Of a DNA stretch of 64,000 bases, positions 23,803-35,907 are shown piece after piece. Position numbers and translations under genes: made by a program. This DNA is from Chiloscyllium plagiosum (lineage: Eukaryota), in NCBI RefSeq assembly GCF_004010195.1, contig NC_057719.1, positions 87,195,317 to 87,259,316 of the forward strand, given 5' to 3'. Positions within the stretch are counted from its first letter, which is position 1, and every line of letters begins with the position of its first letter. Below the pieces are notes generated by a model. That model saw only the letters and a list, made by a program, of their open reading frames with translations, was not told where the DNA came from and ran no database searches.

Positions 23803-24856
23803 CTGGAACAAACACAGAGCCACAAGGTCAGTCACAATCCATGCACAGTGAGGAGGGGGGGCATCAGGACCTTACCCTTAATCCCCGGGAGGGCAAACCC
23901 CACTCCCCCACCCCATCCACTGTCCAGGACAACAACTGCTGACCCCCGCCTCTCTTGGGGCAACTGTTAATAATCACCTCATACCCCTTCCCGGGGCAAC
24001 CCTTAAATAATACCCTGCCCCACCCCCCACACAAGCAACTATTAATAAACCTCCAAACCCCTCCCAGGGGTGACAGTTACTCCCGTAATCCTTGGGAGTG
24101 AACATGACTGAACCCAACCCCACAACTCATATAACCAAACAAGGTGACCAATCAGATTAACACAGTTTGTAGGGTAAGGGGGCAGGTTGGGGGTCTATGC
24201 CGTGTGGGGAAGGGGATGTGGAAAGAACCTGGGAGATGGGGGGCACTTGGAGAGAGGAGTATGCACAGGGAGAGGGGAAGGTGACAGTCAGGGTACACTG
24301 TGGGGGAGGGGGGCATTGTGTGGGAGGGAAACACTATGGGGTAGGTGGCACACTGTGGGGGAAGGGGACTCTTGGAGTAGGTGACTCTGTGGGGAAGGGG
24401 GCACGCTGGTGGAGGGACACTCTGGGGGGAGGGGACTCAGTGGCGGAGAGGGACACTGTTGGAGAGGTGTCATTGTGGGGAAGGCAGCATACCTGGGGAG
24501 GGGTAGGGTGAGAGTCCGTCCTCATGGCGATATATTCTCGCTATTGCCCACCCTGCAGTGCCTGTAGCTCCCAAGGTGGGGCGATAGACTCTCCCTGCTG
24601 CTCTCTCCCAGCACCCAGTAACAGGGATCAAGCTGGGAACCCTCTGCCCTGTTCTGGAGGAGTGTACCAAAGAACTTGGCTCTGGTCCCCTTCAGAACCA
24701 AGTGATCCTCTGTCAGCCAACGTCACCAGAGTATTGGAGGGTCAACTGGGGCTTTCGCTCTTGACTGTGGGGGAACTTGTTCCTGTGAAGCGTGTGGGTT
24801 TGGATACAGTCTAGACAGGAGGAGACAGTCCCTGTGGATGGGACTGGAACACTCAC

Positions 24857-24987
24857 CCTGATTACAGAAGAGACCGCCCCAGCCCTCCTTACAGGTACAC
24901 TGAAAGGGCTGCTGGCATGTCCCATGTAGACAGCCAGGATAGTGCATGCATTGATCACACAAACGGCCCTGCCATCCATAGTGGCAC
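24857..24987 (-). CDS. DLL4: DLL4 exon 6 (EGF1 end and EGF2)
   Basis: [43 protein letters not shown]; 131 nt; AG/GT bounded. Confidence 0.95.
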
Positions 24988-25929
24988 CTGGGGGACAGGG
25001 AGAGAGAAAGGCACAGGATTAATCACACCACTCATCTTGACTAGAGAAATGAGCAATTCAGAAACAGGCATATAGTCACATTGATAGTAACAAACCTTAT
25101 TGTCATATAAAGGGATGGTGGTGTCACATTACAAATTAAGGAGTTAGTTACAAATTAAGGAAGGTTTATCTTGAAAGCATCGTTAAATTAAGCTTTGTGG
25201 ATAGAGCCTGGGGCAGTCCCACTGCTATTATAGGCCCCTAAACAGTCAGGGGCCAATAGAGGAGCAAATAGATAGACAATTCACTGAGGTGTGTAAAAAT
25301 AGTAACACAATAACTATAGCAGGAGATTTCAACTTTCAATTTGGGATAATTGAAGGGTTTAGAGGGGGCAGACTTCTTGAAATGTATCCAGGAGAGCTTT
25401 GTATGTTAATATGTGGAAGGTCTACCAAAGAACAGCAAAGTGCTGGAGCTAATTCAAAGAATTAGGAAAGGGAACTCTGCCATCTGTAACTGGGTCCGGC
25501 CTACATTTGACTCCAAACCCACAGCAATGTGGGTGACTGAGCTGCCCTGTGTTAAATGGCTCGAGCAAGTCACTCAATTCAAGGGCAATTAGGGTTGGGC
25601 AAAAAATGATGGCCATGCCAACGATGACCACACCCTGAGAATGAATAAAGAAGATGAAAACCACAGGGAAGGTAGAAAAACATTTCACCTTTACTTTGAA
25701 CATTTCTCGATCCAATATGAAAATATTGAAAGTGTATAATAGGGCGGTTTGGCTGAGGGTTAAGCAGTATCCAATTGGATATTGAAGCTTCTCATTTTCC
25801 AGTTGGTTTTTGAGAAACCGTGTGTCACAAGTGATACAGGGTGGGACAAAGTGGGATGGCAGCCATGTGCTGAAACCTCCAGAAATAGGTTGTTGGCAGC
25901 TTAAGAAATGAGGATGTGGCTCAGTGTTG

Positions 25930-26520
25930 GGAGTGTGTGTCTGTGTCTGTGTGTTTGTGTGTGTGCGCGCGCACCTGTCTGGGTTTGTGTGTATCTGTGT
26001 GTGTGTCTGTATGTGTGAATGTGTGTGTCTGTATGTGTGTCCATATGTGTGTGTATCTGCGCCTGTGCGTATGTGTATGCATCTGTGTGTGTTGGTCTAT
26101 GTCTACCTGTATGTTTGCATATATATGTGTATCTGTGTGTGTGACTGTGTTTGTGCGTTTGTATGCACATGTGTGTCAGTATGTGTGTGTGGGGGGTCTC
26201 TGTGTATGTATGCCTGTGTATGCCTGTGTGTGTATGTGTCTGTGTGCCTGTCTGTATGTATGTGCTTGTACATCTGTGTGTGTCTGTATGTGTGTCTGTG
26301 TGTGTTTCTGTGCATGTGTCTGTGTTTGTATGTGCATGTGTTTCTGTATGTATGGAGGGGCTCTCTGGATATGTATGTCTGTATATGCTTGTGTGTGTGT
26401 ATGTGTCTGTGTGCCTGTCTGTATGTATGTGCGTCTATGAGTGTTACTGCATATGTCTGTGCATATGTCTATGCGTGTGCCTCTGTGTGTGCATGTGTGT
26501 TTGTGCCGATGTGTGTGTAA
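25930..26520. repeat. Imperfect (TG)n microsatellite
   Basis: Low-complexity TG/TA/TC. Confidence 0.9.
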
Positions 26521-26767
26521 GGGGGTTGTTGGGGAAGGGCTGAGGTGAGGAGGGATTTGCCTTGGCTGGAGGTTATGGGCTAGGGTCAGCTGGGGCAGTG
26601 TTGGTTGACTCCAGGTATCCGGGGTGGCAGGAGGGTGGCAGTACTAGTGAGAGGAAACAAGGTGATGTGGTCCAAGTGAAAGTCTGAGTTGGTGTGATGT
26701 GTGCGTTGGAGGGACACTGAGGGATGTCCCATCACTGTGGGCGATATTTGCAAATTCCGTCACTTAC

Positions 26768-26828
26768 TTGCACTCGCCTGGTTGGTCACAGTAGCCGTGA
26801 TCCAAGCTGCATCCAGCCTGGCAAATCG
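26768..26828 (-). CDS. DLL4: DLL4 exon 5 (EGF1: PICQAGCSLDHGYCDQPGECK)
   Basis: 61-nt exon, ccag|CG acceptor, AA|gtaagt donor, EGF cysteine spacing. Confidence 0.93.
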
Positions 26829-27484
26829 CTGGAGGGAATAAAAGACAAGGAGAAGATATTGTAAGTCTGAGGCAGTGACAGACAGATCCCTGATTAATAA
26901 TCCCCTGCTCCGGTACTAACCCACAATGCAAGGACAAACACCTCTTCCTCTACTCCTTCTCCTCTCCAGTAATAATGCCCTCAGTGATCTGTTCATTGGA
27001 CTAGCCCCACGTAAAGGATGGACATTGTGGGAATGTCGCAGGGAATTCTGTGGCCTCAGTTGGTGATCTTGGGGCATGGGTCTAATGTTCTTGAATTTTG
27101 ATCCAATTAATACGAGCCACAATGAAACTTGTCTCGGTGATAGTGACTGTGATAATGTCATCGCTGACTGTAAAAACCATCTGGTTCACTAATGCCTGTT
27201 AGGGGAGGCAAATCTGCCATCCTTACCCGGTCTGGCTGACACGTGACTTCAGCCCCACAGCGAGCTGGTTGACTCTCTTGGCAATGGCCCTAGCTAGACG
27301 CTTTGGGAATAAATGCTGGGCTTGGCAGCAACAGGATAGGTAGAAGGAACCCTGTGTCAGGAATGACTCCACAGGACAGAGACGTGGCCAAATGTTGCCA
27401 GGGTGAAACCCCAGTGGAACTAAAGGCTCTGTAGTGCCAGGGTGCACAGTCCAGTGCTTCTCCCTCTGCCTGCATGCTTTGGAT

Positions 27485-27815
27485 CAGAATCACCCACAGT
27501 GTGGAAACAGGCCATTTGGCCCATCGGGTCCACACCAACTCTCTAAAGAGTACAACATCCACACACAGACCCCTACCCCTGCATTACCCACGGCTAATCC
27601 ATCTAGCCTGCACATCCCTGGACGCTATGGGATGGCCAATCCACCTGACTTGCATATCTTTGGACTGTGGGAGGAAACCGGAGCACCCGGAGGAAACCCC
27701 ATGCAGTCATGGGGAGAATGTGCAAACTCCACACAGACAGTTTCCTGAGGGTGGAATCGAACCCGAGTCCCTGGCGCTGTGAGGCAGCAGTGCTAACCAC
27801 TGAGCCGCTGTACCG
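27485..27815 (-). mobile_element. HE1-type V-SINE
   Basis: Same head and V-domain. Confidence 0.78.
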
Positions 27816-27850
27816 CAGTCAGTGTGGATGCTGTGTGTCTCTCGCCTTAC

Positions 27851-28114
27851 GTTGTGAGCAGTATTCATTCTGCCAGCCCGGCAGGCAGAGCCTCTGGCCC
27901 TCCTTGCCGCAGGTGTAGTGCCCAAAGGTGTCGTTCCTCGGCCGGCAGTAATCGGAGCATCCCTCTCCGTAGTAATGCTGGCTGCATACCACCCGGTATG
28001 AGTAGTACAACTGGGTGTGCTCCCCTTGCAGGGAATCCTGGGCCCAGGCTGTGCCCACTGGCTGGTGCCTCTGGATGGCAAAACGATTGATCAACGTCTC
28101 GGGGCTGGTGACAT
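27851..28114 (-). CDS. DLL4: DLL4 exon 4 (end of C2 domain and DSL domain)
   Basis: YSYRVVCSQHYYGEGCSDYCRPRNDTFGHYTC...CLPGW is the DSL signature; 264 nt, AG/GT bounded, phase 1/1. Confidence 0.96.
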
Positions 28115-28436
28115 CTGTGAACAAACAGCCTGGATTAATACAGAGGCTTTGATTGTCACATGTGCTGAGATACAGTGGAACGTATTGTGCTGCCTGCTAA
28201 CCAGACAAATGTTGCCTTACATAGCTACATCAGGGCAGTTTAGACCCTCCCTCTCTCCATCCTGCACTTCCTTTCCATAGACACTGCAGTAGCTTTCCCC
28301 CACCATTACAATCATGCTTATTAAACCTGGAGCTAACCAGCGGGCATTGGCAGAGAATGGTTGCTTCACAAATTAACAAAAGACCACCGGCACTTAGGAA
28401 GCTGGTGATAATATCACTAGACCATTGTTTCAAAGA

Positions 28437-28622
28437 GGACAAAATGAGGACTGCAGATGCTGGAGAGTCAGAGTTGAAAAGTGTGGCGCTGGAAAAGCAC
28501 ACCACGTCAGGCATCATCCGAGGAGCAGGAGAGTCGATGGGCTTTTGCCCGAAACATCAACTCTCCTGCTTCTTAGATGTTGCCTGACCTGCTGTGCTTT
28601 TCCAGTGCCACACTTTTCACCC
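28437..28622 (-). mobile_element. Family A PLE-derived palindromic element in DLL4 intron 3
   Basis: Inverted arms; 15-bp TSD CCATT(G/A)TTTCAAAGA at 28422-28436 and 28623-28637. Confidence 0.75.
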
Positions 28623-30199
28623 CCATTATTTCAAAGACCCTCGGGGACCCAGGTTCAAATCCTGCTATAGCTGGGGGTGGAACTTGAATTCAATAACTCT
28701 CTGGAACTCAGAGGGGAAACCCTGTAACTGTTTCCGATTGCTGGGGGAAAACCCATCTGGTTCACTAACGGAAAGGAAATCTACCTCCTTACCCAGTCTG
28801 ACCTACAGGTGACTTCAGATCCAAGGCAATGTGCTGGACTCTCAACTGCCCTCTGTGCAATTAGGGATAGGCAACTTATAGGGAAGTTACATTGCCCTGG
28901 ACAAACTTACAGGAGCCACCTCCTCAGCCCTGTGTAGATCTGCCAGTACCTTCAGTCAAGAATCACCAGGAATGGGGATGATGGGAAGGGGAAAACAGTG
29001 TTGGGCGGGTGGAGAGGTGGACCTGAATGTCTAGAGAGGATGAAAAGGGATGGGGATTGGAGGACAGCAGCAGGGGAAAAATGCTGCAGGGACAACCTTT
29101 AAACCTGGGGTAGGTCATTGCCCAACTGAATGTGCTTTGTGAAACCAACTGGCGATGTGTGGGGAATTCAATGCGAGAACTAGGCCCGAATCATCGAACA
29201 TTTCAGAGAGCAAAGGAAACAGTAACAGTTTCAGATGTCAACATCATGGTTGATTCTTCAATTCTGAAACCAATAAAGATAGACCAAGATCCCAGAGTGA
29301 GCGTGAGAAACAGAGGCACTGTCGTACAGATACACAGATCGGGGAGTACTGGATATAAACTGATTTCGGTACCATATTGGCACACAAATTCCAGAGTGAT
29401 GGAGATTAACTGATCCCGAAGTGATAATATTCTCCGTCTTACATTCTTTGTCTGATGATGGGTCTATACATATTTAGAGCAAGGGGCCAGGTCCATTTCA
29501 GCTAGAACAGGGACCCAGCTCCCTGTTGATCTGGGCCGACTCCTTTGCCAACTGGTCCAGCCCGGTCCAAAGGTAATGTCCGATTTCCCATGCATGTTGT
29601 GGTCTGGAGTTAGTGTTAGAGGTGGCCGAGGTTCCCAATTTCCCTTCTATCATGTGACTGACCAGGAATACTTCCCACTCTTACCATCTGCCATTGGGCT
29701 ATATTGGAAGAAGTTACAAGTTGTTGGGCTACATTGCAAGGACCCATTTCTTGGCCAACGGTACTCAGCTTCTGGCTCAGAGACAGGGACGCTACCTACT
29801 GCATCCCACATGCCTTGCACAATGCAAAGGATCCAAAAGGCAGCCAAAAGAAGTCCATCCCAGGAAATGGTTGGTTGGGAATTGTGGGCGAGTTAGATGC
29901 TTGGTGAGGAGATGAGCTGAGTGAAAGGTGACAGAGAGCAGGTAGGATTGACCGGAGGTCTAGAGACAATGGCATGTGACTTGAGTGGATCGGTGCTGGA
30001 TTCACATTTGTCAATGTCTTCAGTGAAGGGATGACAAGTCCCACATCCAAGTTTGCAAATCGCAGGGTGACCCAAAGCTGTGTGGATCAGTGATTCTCAA
30101 TTCTTGACTGTAGGATCACTCTTTCAAATGGAAATTCATAATCATGGACTCTGTCCATTGAATTATCACTCGTAATAATCAGAATGTGAAAGTGAAGAA

Positions 30200-31440
30200 T
30201 GTTGTAAATTTGAAAAGGTTCAGAAGAGGCTTACAAGGATGTTGCCAGGGTTGGAGAGTTTGAGCTATAGGGAGAGGCTGAATAGTCCAGGGGCTATTGT
30301 CCATCGAGCGTCGGAGGCTGAGGGATGACCTTATAGAGATTTATAAAATCATGAGGGGCTTTGGAATCGCCAAAGTCTTTCCCCCTTTTGGGGGAGTCCA
30401 AAACCAAAAGGAATAGGTTTAAGGTGAGGGGGAAAGATTGAAAAGGGACCTCAGGGGCAACCTTTCATACAGAGGGTGGTACATGTATGGAATGAAATGC
30501 CAGAGAAAGTGATGGAGGTACATGAATAGTAAGGGTTTAGAGGGATATAGGCCAAATGCTGGCAAATGGGACTAGATTAATTTAGGATATCTGGTCAGCA
30601 TGGACGAGTTGAACTGAAAGGTCTGTTTCCATGCTGTACATCTCTATAACTCTACTGGCTGACAAAGAGTGCTTTAATCTTATTTTGGGGCATCAGCTAT
30701 TCATCTGTAGTGTTGAGGGAAATGAGTGTTCCCTGTTTCTCTCTATCCTTGGCAGCTATATAGGGTTAGGGTAAGGGCATGACCCAGAAATGGCACAGAA
30801 ATGCTTTTTTTCTGCCCAGTGAGAGAGCAGGACCTCAAAGGTGGAAGGGGAGCCAGCTTCTGGAGAGACCTGCTGGCGCACTCACTGTTAACCTTTCACT
30901 CCGATTGGAGGACCCTCTGTAAAGTCTCTGAGATGGTTTTGGTCTACGGTTTGAGAAGCACCGTACTGGTGGATAATTGCAAAGTGATATGAACAGGAAT
31001 GGTTCCAGGAATGAGAAACATTAGCAATGAGCAGAGATTGAAGAGGTTGGGATAGTTCTCCCTGAAGAGAAAAAGGCTGAGAGGGAGACCTGATAGAGGT
31101 TTTCAAGATCATGAGTGGGCTGGACAGAGTAAATAGGGAGAAACTGTTTCTGCTTATAAAAGGAGCTAAATAAGAGAGGGCTTCGATTTAGAGTGATCTG
31201 CAAACGAAGCAAGGGTGACATGAGAAAAATATTATTCACTCAGCGAGCAGTTAGGGTGTGGAATGCACTGCTTGGAAATGTGGTGCGGATAGGTTCCAAT
31301 GAGGCATTCAAGAGGATGATTATTTGTATAGAAGTGGTATGCTGGGATATGGAAAAAAGGCAGGAGATTGGTGCTTGGGGTTAGAACCAGTCCAGGTGGG
31401 TTGGGCCGAACATTCTGCATCGTAACAATTCTGTGATTCT
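30200..31440 (+). mobile_element. Two CR1 LINE 3'-end fragments
   Basis: Similarity to other CR1 3' ends in the window (30200-30650, 31000-31440). Confidence 0.7.
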
Positions 31441-31909
31441 GACAGTGGGCAAGACTATGGCAAATAGTTTTTTGACGTGAGCTCATTCACTTTGAATAGA
31501 GAAGGGACTGGGGTATGTTCCACACCAGGAGAAGCTAGCACCACTGGGAGCTTTGGCTGGACTGACAGGCTCATGTGCATTGATCATTAAATTACCATCA
31601 ACATCTGCAGAAACTTCATAAAAAGTGAGTGTAATGCTGACTTTTATTACTAGAGAATTGAAGAGGATAAGTCAGCTGCATGAAGATATTAGTTAGAATA
31701 TACTGGAGTACAGTGAGTGCATCACACTTTACGAGGGACGCAGTGGTTGTGAATGAGTACAGTTACCAGAACAACACCCATGTTAAATTACGAAGGGAGT
31801 TTACACTAAGTCGGATGATATTCCCTGGAATCTCAAAGGTTAAGGAGCAGTGAGGCTGAATGGCTTCCTTCTATTCCCGTGGAGACACACAGACCCTTGA
31901 GTATCAGCA

Positions 31910-32610
31910 AATCCTGGAGTGAGTAATCCCAATGTAGTGGAACAATAGGTAGTGAGAGTGATCCTGGAGTGATAAAGACAAACAGATTCCAGAATGTTCG
32001 AGACACATAAATTCTGGAGTGATCCCGGAGTGGGGAAGATGATCCCAGACTAATCCTGGTGTAATCCATCATTGATCCTGGAGAGATAGAGAGGCACAGA
32101 TCCTGAAGTAGAGCCTGGAATGACTGAAGTTTGCAGCTCCTGCAATGATCCTGGAATGACATAAACAAACTGACAGGGACAGACAATCCTAGAGTGATGG
32201 GAACAATCCTGCAGTGATGGGGTTAAATCCGGAGTGATGTTGACAGTCCTGGAAAGGTAGAGACAGATGATCCTGGGTGATGGGGATAAACAATCCAGCA
32301 TGGTGAGGGAAACCCCGGAGTGATGGGACCAAATTCAGAATGATGGGAGCAATCCTGGAATGATGGAGATTGACAATCCGGAGAGACGGAGGCAGTTGAT
32401 CCTGGAGTAATAGGGATCTATCCCAGAGTGTTGAGGTCAATCCCAGAGTGATGGGAACAGAATCCCAGAGTGTTGGGGGTCTATCCCGGAGCGATGGGAA
32501 CAGAATCCTGGAGTGATGGGAACAATCCTGGAGTTATGGGGTCTCTCCCAAGTGATGGGAAGAGTTCAAAGTGATGGGAACAATCCTGGAGTGATGGGAA
32601 CATTTCCAGA
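31910..32610. repeat. Degenerate ~20-22-bp tandem repeat (AATCCTGGAGTGATGGGAAC)
   Basis: Recurrent ATCC(T/C)GGAGTGATGG. Confidence 0.75.
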
Positions 32611-32704
32611 GAGATGACTGTATGTGGATCCTTGAAACATTTTCCCTAAACTTCCAAAGAGTGTGTCAGCTCCTCCCCACCCTGGATGACCAGGCCCTGA
32701 AACC

Positions 32705-32865
32705 AGTCCAAAAAGGGCGGCGCTGAGTGTTAAAAAGGTGTAAAACGCAGGAAAAGGCCGCCTTGACTTCTTGGCAAAGCTCAGCTTTTCTCACCAACTC
32801 GGTTTCCCACACCAAAAATAACCGAGAGGAAGTTGATTGTGTTGTGAACACTGTGGGAGATGGAG
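32705..32865 (-). promoter_or_regulatory. DLL4 intron-3 enhancer-like module (ETS, MEF2, two RBPJ, SOX motifs)
   Basis: Minus strand reads ACAAT..ACTTCCT..GGTTATTTTTGG-TGTGGGAA..GGTGAGAA..TTCCTG..TTTTACACCTTTT, about 250-400 bp into intron 3, where the mammalian Dll4in3 arterial enhancer lies. Confidence 0.72.
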
Positions 32866-33105
32866 GAGCTGCTACATCAGCACTAAATAAATGGAGGCTG
32901 TGACTTAAGAAGAAAAAAACCCATACCGAGCATTGCAATCAAACTAGACAAAAAAAACAACAAAAAGTGTAGGGAGTCTGCGAGAAGCCTTTGTTCGAGT
33001 TTATGACAGATAAATAAATAAGATTTAAACTGGGGGCTTTGTCCCAAGGGTTATGCTCCAGGAGGAGCGGCTCGCTGCCGCCCCCTCGCGGTCTCTGGCA
33101 CTTAC

Positions 33106-33163
33106 TGAGACTCGGCAGGTTCGAGGCAGAATTCCAGGCTTCAATGATCAGAGAGAAGGTTCC
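33106..33163 (-). CDS. DLL4: DLL4 exon 3 (GTFSLIIEAWNSASNLPSL)
   Basis: Conserved GTFSLIIEAW motif; 58-nt exon with cag|GGA acceptor and A|gtaagt donor. Confidence 0.95.
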
Positions 33164-34094
33164 CTGTCAAAACAGAAGAGACAAGAGACTGGGGGTTAGC
33201 AAACCACCGCCCGATAGCCGGCTGTAGTCATGATCGCTGCGCTGGGCGCGGAATTTAAGGGTATCATTCGGATTTGCTGCCTGATTTCTGAGGGGGTCCT
33301 GGGTTATCCAACCACTCCCCCCCCCCTCCCACATACCCCTCTCTGTAAAAAGGGGGTCCTGTGTTGGGTACAGCTGAGAGCTACTCCCTTCACAAGTGCC
33401 ATCAGTATCGGGTTAAGCATCACTTGGTTCTTGCGTTGCTGCATCCTAGCACAACATCTTTTCAGTTTGAAATTGTCCGGGTTTCTGTCAATGACAGTGT
33501 GCTGTGTGCGTGACTGTGTCTCTGAGTCTATCTCCATCAGTGCGCTTGTGTCCGCGTAACTCTTGTGTGTAAGTGTGTGTCAGTATTTCTGTGCCTGAGT
33601 GACTGAATATCTCCCTGTTAATGTGTTTCTGTCTGTGTGTGTCTCTCTGTCTGTGTGTGTCTCTCTGTTTGTGTCAGTGTGTGTGTGCACGTCCCAGAGT
33701 ATGAATCTGTGTGTCTGTGTCAGTGTGTCTCTATGTTCTGGATGTCTCCCTCCCCGCCACACCGTTAGCATTGTAGGCGGTAGTGCACATTAAGCACAGA
33801 GTCCGGTTCCCATTCTCGTACTGCGCTTTCATTCAGAATTTATAACTTTCTGCACACAGTGAGCTCCCAGCGTGCACTAGACCCCCATCCCTCAGCTATG
33901 TGTCGGTTAGCAGCACTCTATCTATGTCTCTGTCTCTACCTCTCTGTCTCTCTATGTGTCTCTCTCTGCCTCTGTGTCTCTGTGCTTCTCTGTCTCAGTC
34001 CCCCTGTGTCTCTATCTCTGCGTCTCCCTGTCTCTCTGTTTCTCTCTGTCTCTGTGTTTCTCTGTCAGTCTCTCTGCGCGTCTCTGTCTCTCAC

Positions 34095-34346
34095 CGGCCA
34101 CTTGAAGGTGAAGTTGATCCTGAGCGGAGGTTGGTTGTCCGGCACAGTGAACGAGTTTGTTCCCAGCAGCGGGGTCAGCACATTGCCGTAAGTACACGGC
34201 TCCGGGGTGACCACCTTCTGGAAATGCTTCAGACACACCCGAAAGAAGGTTAGGCACTCAGGTACACAGCGGTGCCCAGCAGCTAACAGAGCCCCGGAGT
34301 TCTCAAACTGTTCGATCCTCAACTCGAATGTACCGCTAGCAGAAAC
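34095..34346 (-). CDS. DLL4: DLL4 exon 2 (MNNL/C2 domain; VSASGTFELRIEQF...TFFRVCLKHFQ...GTNSF...FKWP)
   Basis: Delta-family motif CxTFFRVCLKHFQ; acceptor aag|GTT at 34347, donor CCG|gtgaga; 252 nt. Confidence 0.95.
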
Positions 34347-34969
34347 CTTTCAAAAACATAGACACCGAGTGAGAGAGAGAGAGAGAGAAAAAAAACACAG
34401 ATAAGCACCGGGAACACACACACACAGAGAGAGAGAGAGGGGTGTGGGGATGGGTGATGCTGAGGAGGGGGAGAGTGTGANNNNNNNNNNNNNNNNNNNN
34501 NNNNNNNNNNNNNNNNNNNNNNNNNNNNNNNNNNNNNNNNNNNNNNNNNNNNNNNNNNNNNNNNNNNNNNNNNNNNNNNNNNNNNNNNNNNNNNNNNNNN
34601 NNNNNNNNNNNNNNNNNNNNNNNNNNNNNNNNNNNNNNNNNNNNNNNNNNNNNNNNNNNNNNNNNNNNNNNNNNNNNNNNNNNNNNNNNNNNNNNNNNNN
34701 NNNNNNNNNNNNNNNNNNNNNNNNNNNNNNNNNNNNNNNNNNNNNNNNNNNNNNNNNNNNNNNNNNNNNNNNNNNNNNNNNNNNNNNNNNNNNNNNNNNN
34801 NNNNNNNNNNNNNNNNNNNNNNNNNNNNNNNNNNNNNNNNNNNNNNNNNNNNNNNNNNNNNNNNNNNNNNNNNNNNNNNNNNNNNNNNNNNNNNNNNNNN
34901 NNGCTCTCAGGAAGTGGGGGGTGGGGGGGGGAGGGGGTTAAATGGGGGGGGGGTAAGTGGCGGAGTTAC

Positions 34970-35023
34970 CTGGGGAACTAACAGCAGGAAGAGCGCGGTG
35001 CCAATGCTGGGAAAGGTTGCCAT
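34970..35023 (-). CDS. DLL4: DLL4 exon 1 (start codon and signal peptide MATFPSIGTALFLLLVPQ)
   Basis: ATG at 35023 in strong Kozak context (ggcgATGG), hydrophobic 18-aa stretch, donor CAG|gtaact at 34969, phase 0 joins exon 2 in frame; CpG-rich surroundings. Confidence 0.88.
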
Positions 35024-35339
35024 CGCCGGCCGTAACACTGTCCCAAAGCCGCTCTGCTCCTGCCGCTTGTGCCCGGCTCCCAGCGACAGGTTCCCAAAGA
35101 AACGGGGGAAACAAATCCGAGGAAACGGGGCTCCTTTCTGCCCCCAAAAATAATCCCCGCCGGTGGAGCGAGAAACCAGGTGTCAATCCGGTGTCCGAGT
35201 GCTGCTTCAGTAGGTTCCCCTCCACTCGGGGCTCCGGGACCGGGCACTGGGCTCGGTTCCTCTCTGGTTTATGTGGCTGTGTGTACAGTATATGTGTGTG
35301 TGTGTTCCTGTCTCTCTGACACTTCTGTGCGCCTGCACA

Positions 35340-35400
35340 GCTCGGACTCCGTTTAAATAGAGAGGCTCAATTAGCTAAGCTGTCAATCAAAGCGAGAGGA
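35340..35400 (-). promoter_or_regulatory. Putative DLL4 core promoter: TATA-like TATTTAAA (35359-35352) and PBX/MEIS-PREP decamer TGATTGACAG (35389-35380)
   Basis: Motifs about 330-365 bp upstream of the ATG at the edge of a CpG-rich 5' region. Confidence 0.5.
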
Positions 35401-35907
35401 GCATCTCCGGCTGCATGGATTAAGTAGCCTGCCGCTCACTGCCTCGCTTCTTACCCTTGTTTCTACTCTCACACTTGCGTTTTCACTCACTCCATTTCCT
35501 TTATCAACTCTTCATCGACTGCCTACACCCCCCGAATCACTCACAGCTCCAGTGCCTGGTTCTCCCTGTGGCCAGAACTATCCATTTTTAAAAACAATCA
35601 TTCCCCATTCACCTTTAGAGAATAAAACTACCTGCTACCTGCTAACTCTAGTAAGGTCACTAAGACCTTCCCCATGCTCAGAATGTCATTCATTAATGAT
35701 AATATCAAGTTCAGAGAGAGTTTTGTTTTAAACCACCAACACAATAGTCTCCCCACAAGAGTTTAGCTCATTCTAAGAGATCTTAATTTAGCCAATTGAT
35801 CTTATTTTAAAAAATATCCTCAGATTAAGATGAGAGTAGGTGGGATTTGAACCCCAGCTCCTATCACTTTATCACAACAGTTCAACCATGGGGCTACATT
35901 TCGATAC

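Noticed and set aside
25901..26543. Cys/Val-rich and His/Thr-rich ORFs
   Set aside because: They are translations of a TG microsatellite.
34481..34902. Possibility that DLL4 exon 1 is hidden in the N gap
   Set aside because: A good in-frame signal-peptide exon with Kozak ATG and GT donor is present at 35023-34970.
5112..35023. Calling the gene DLL1 or DLL3
   Set aside because: FPWVAVSL, QRDNLI and PECRIS motifs, the intron-3 enhancer-like module and the CHAC1 neighbour all point to the DLL4 clade.
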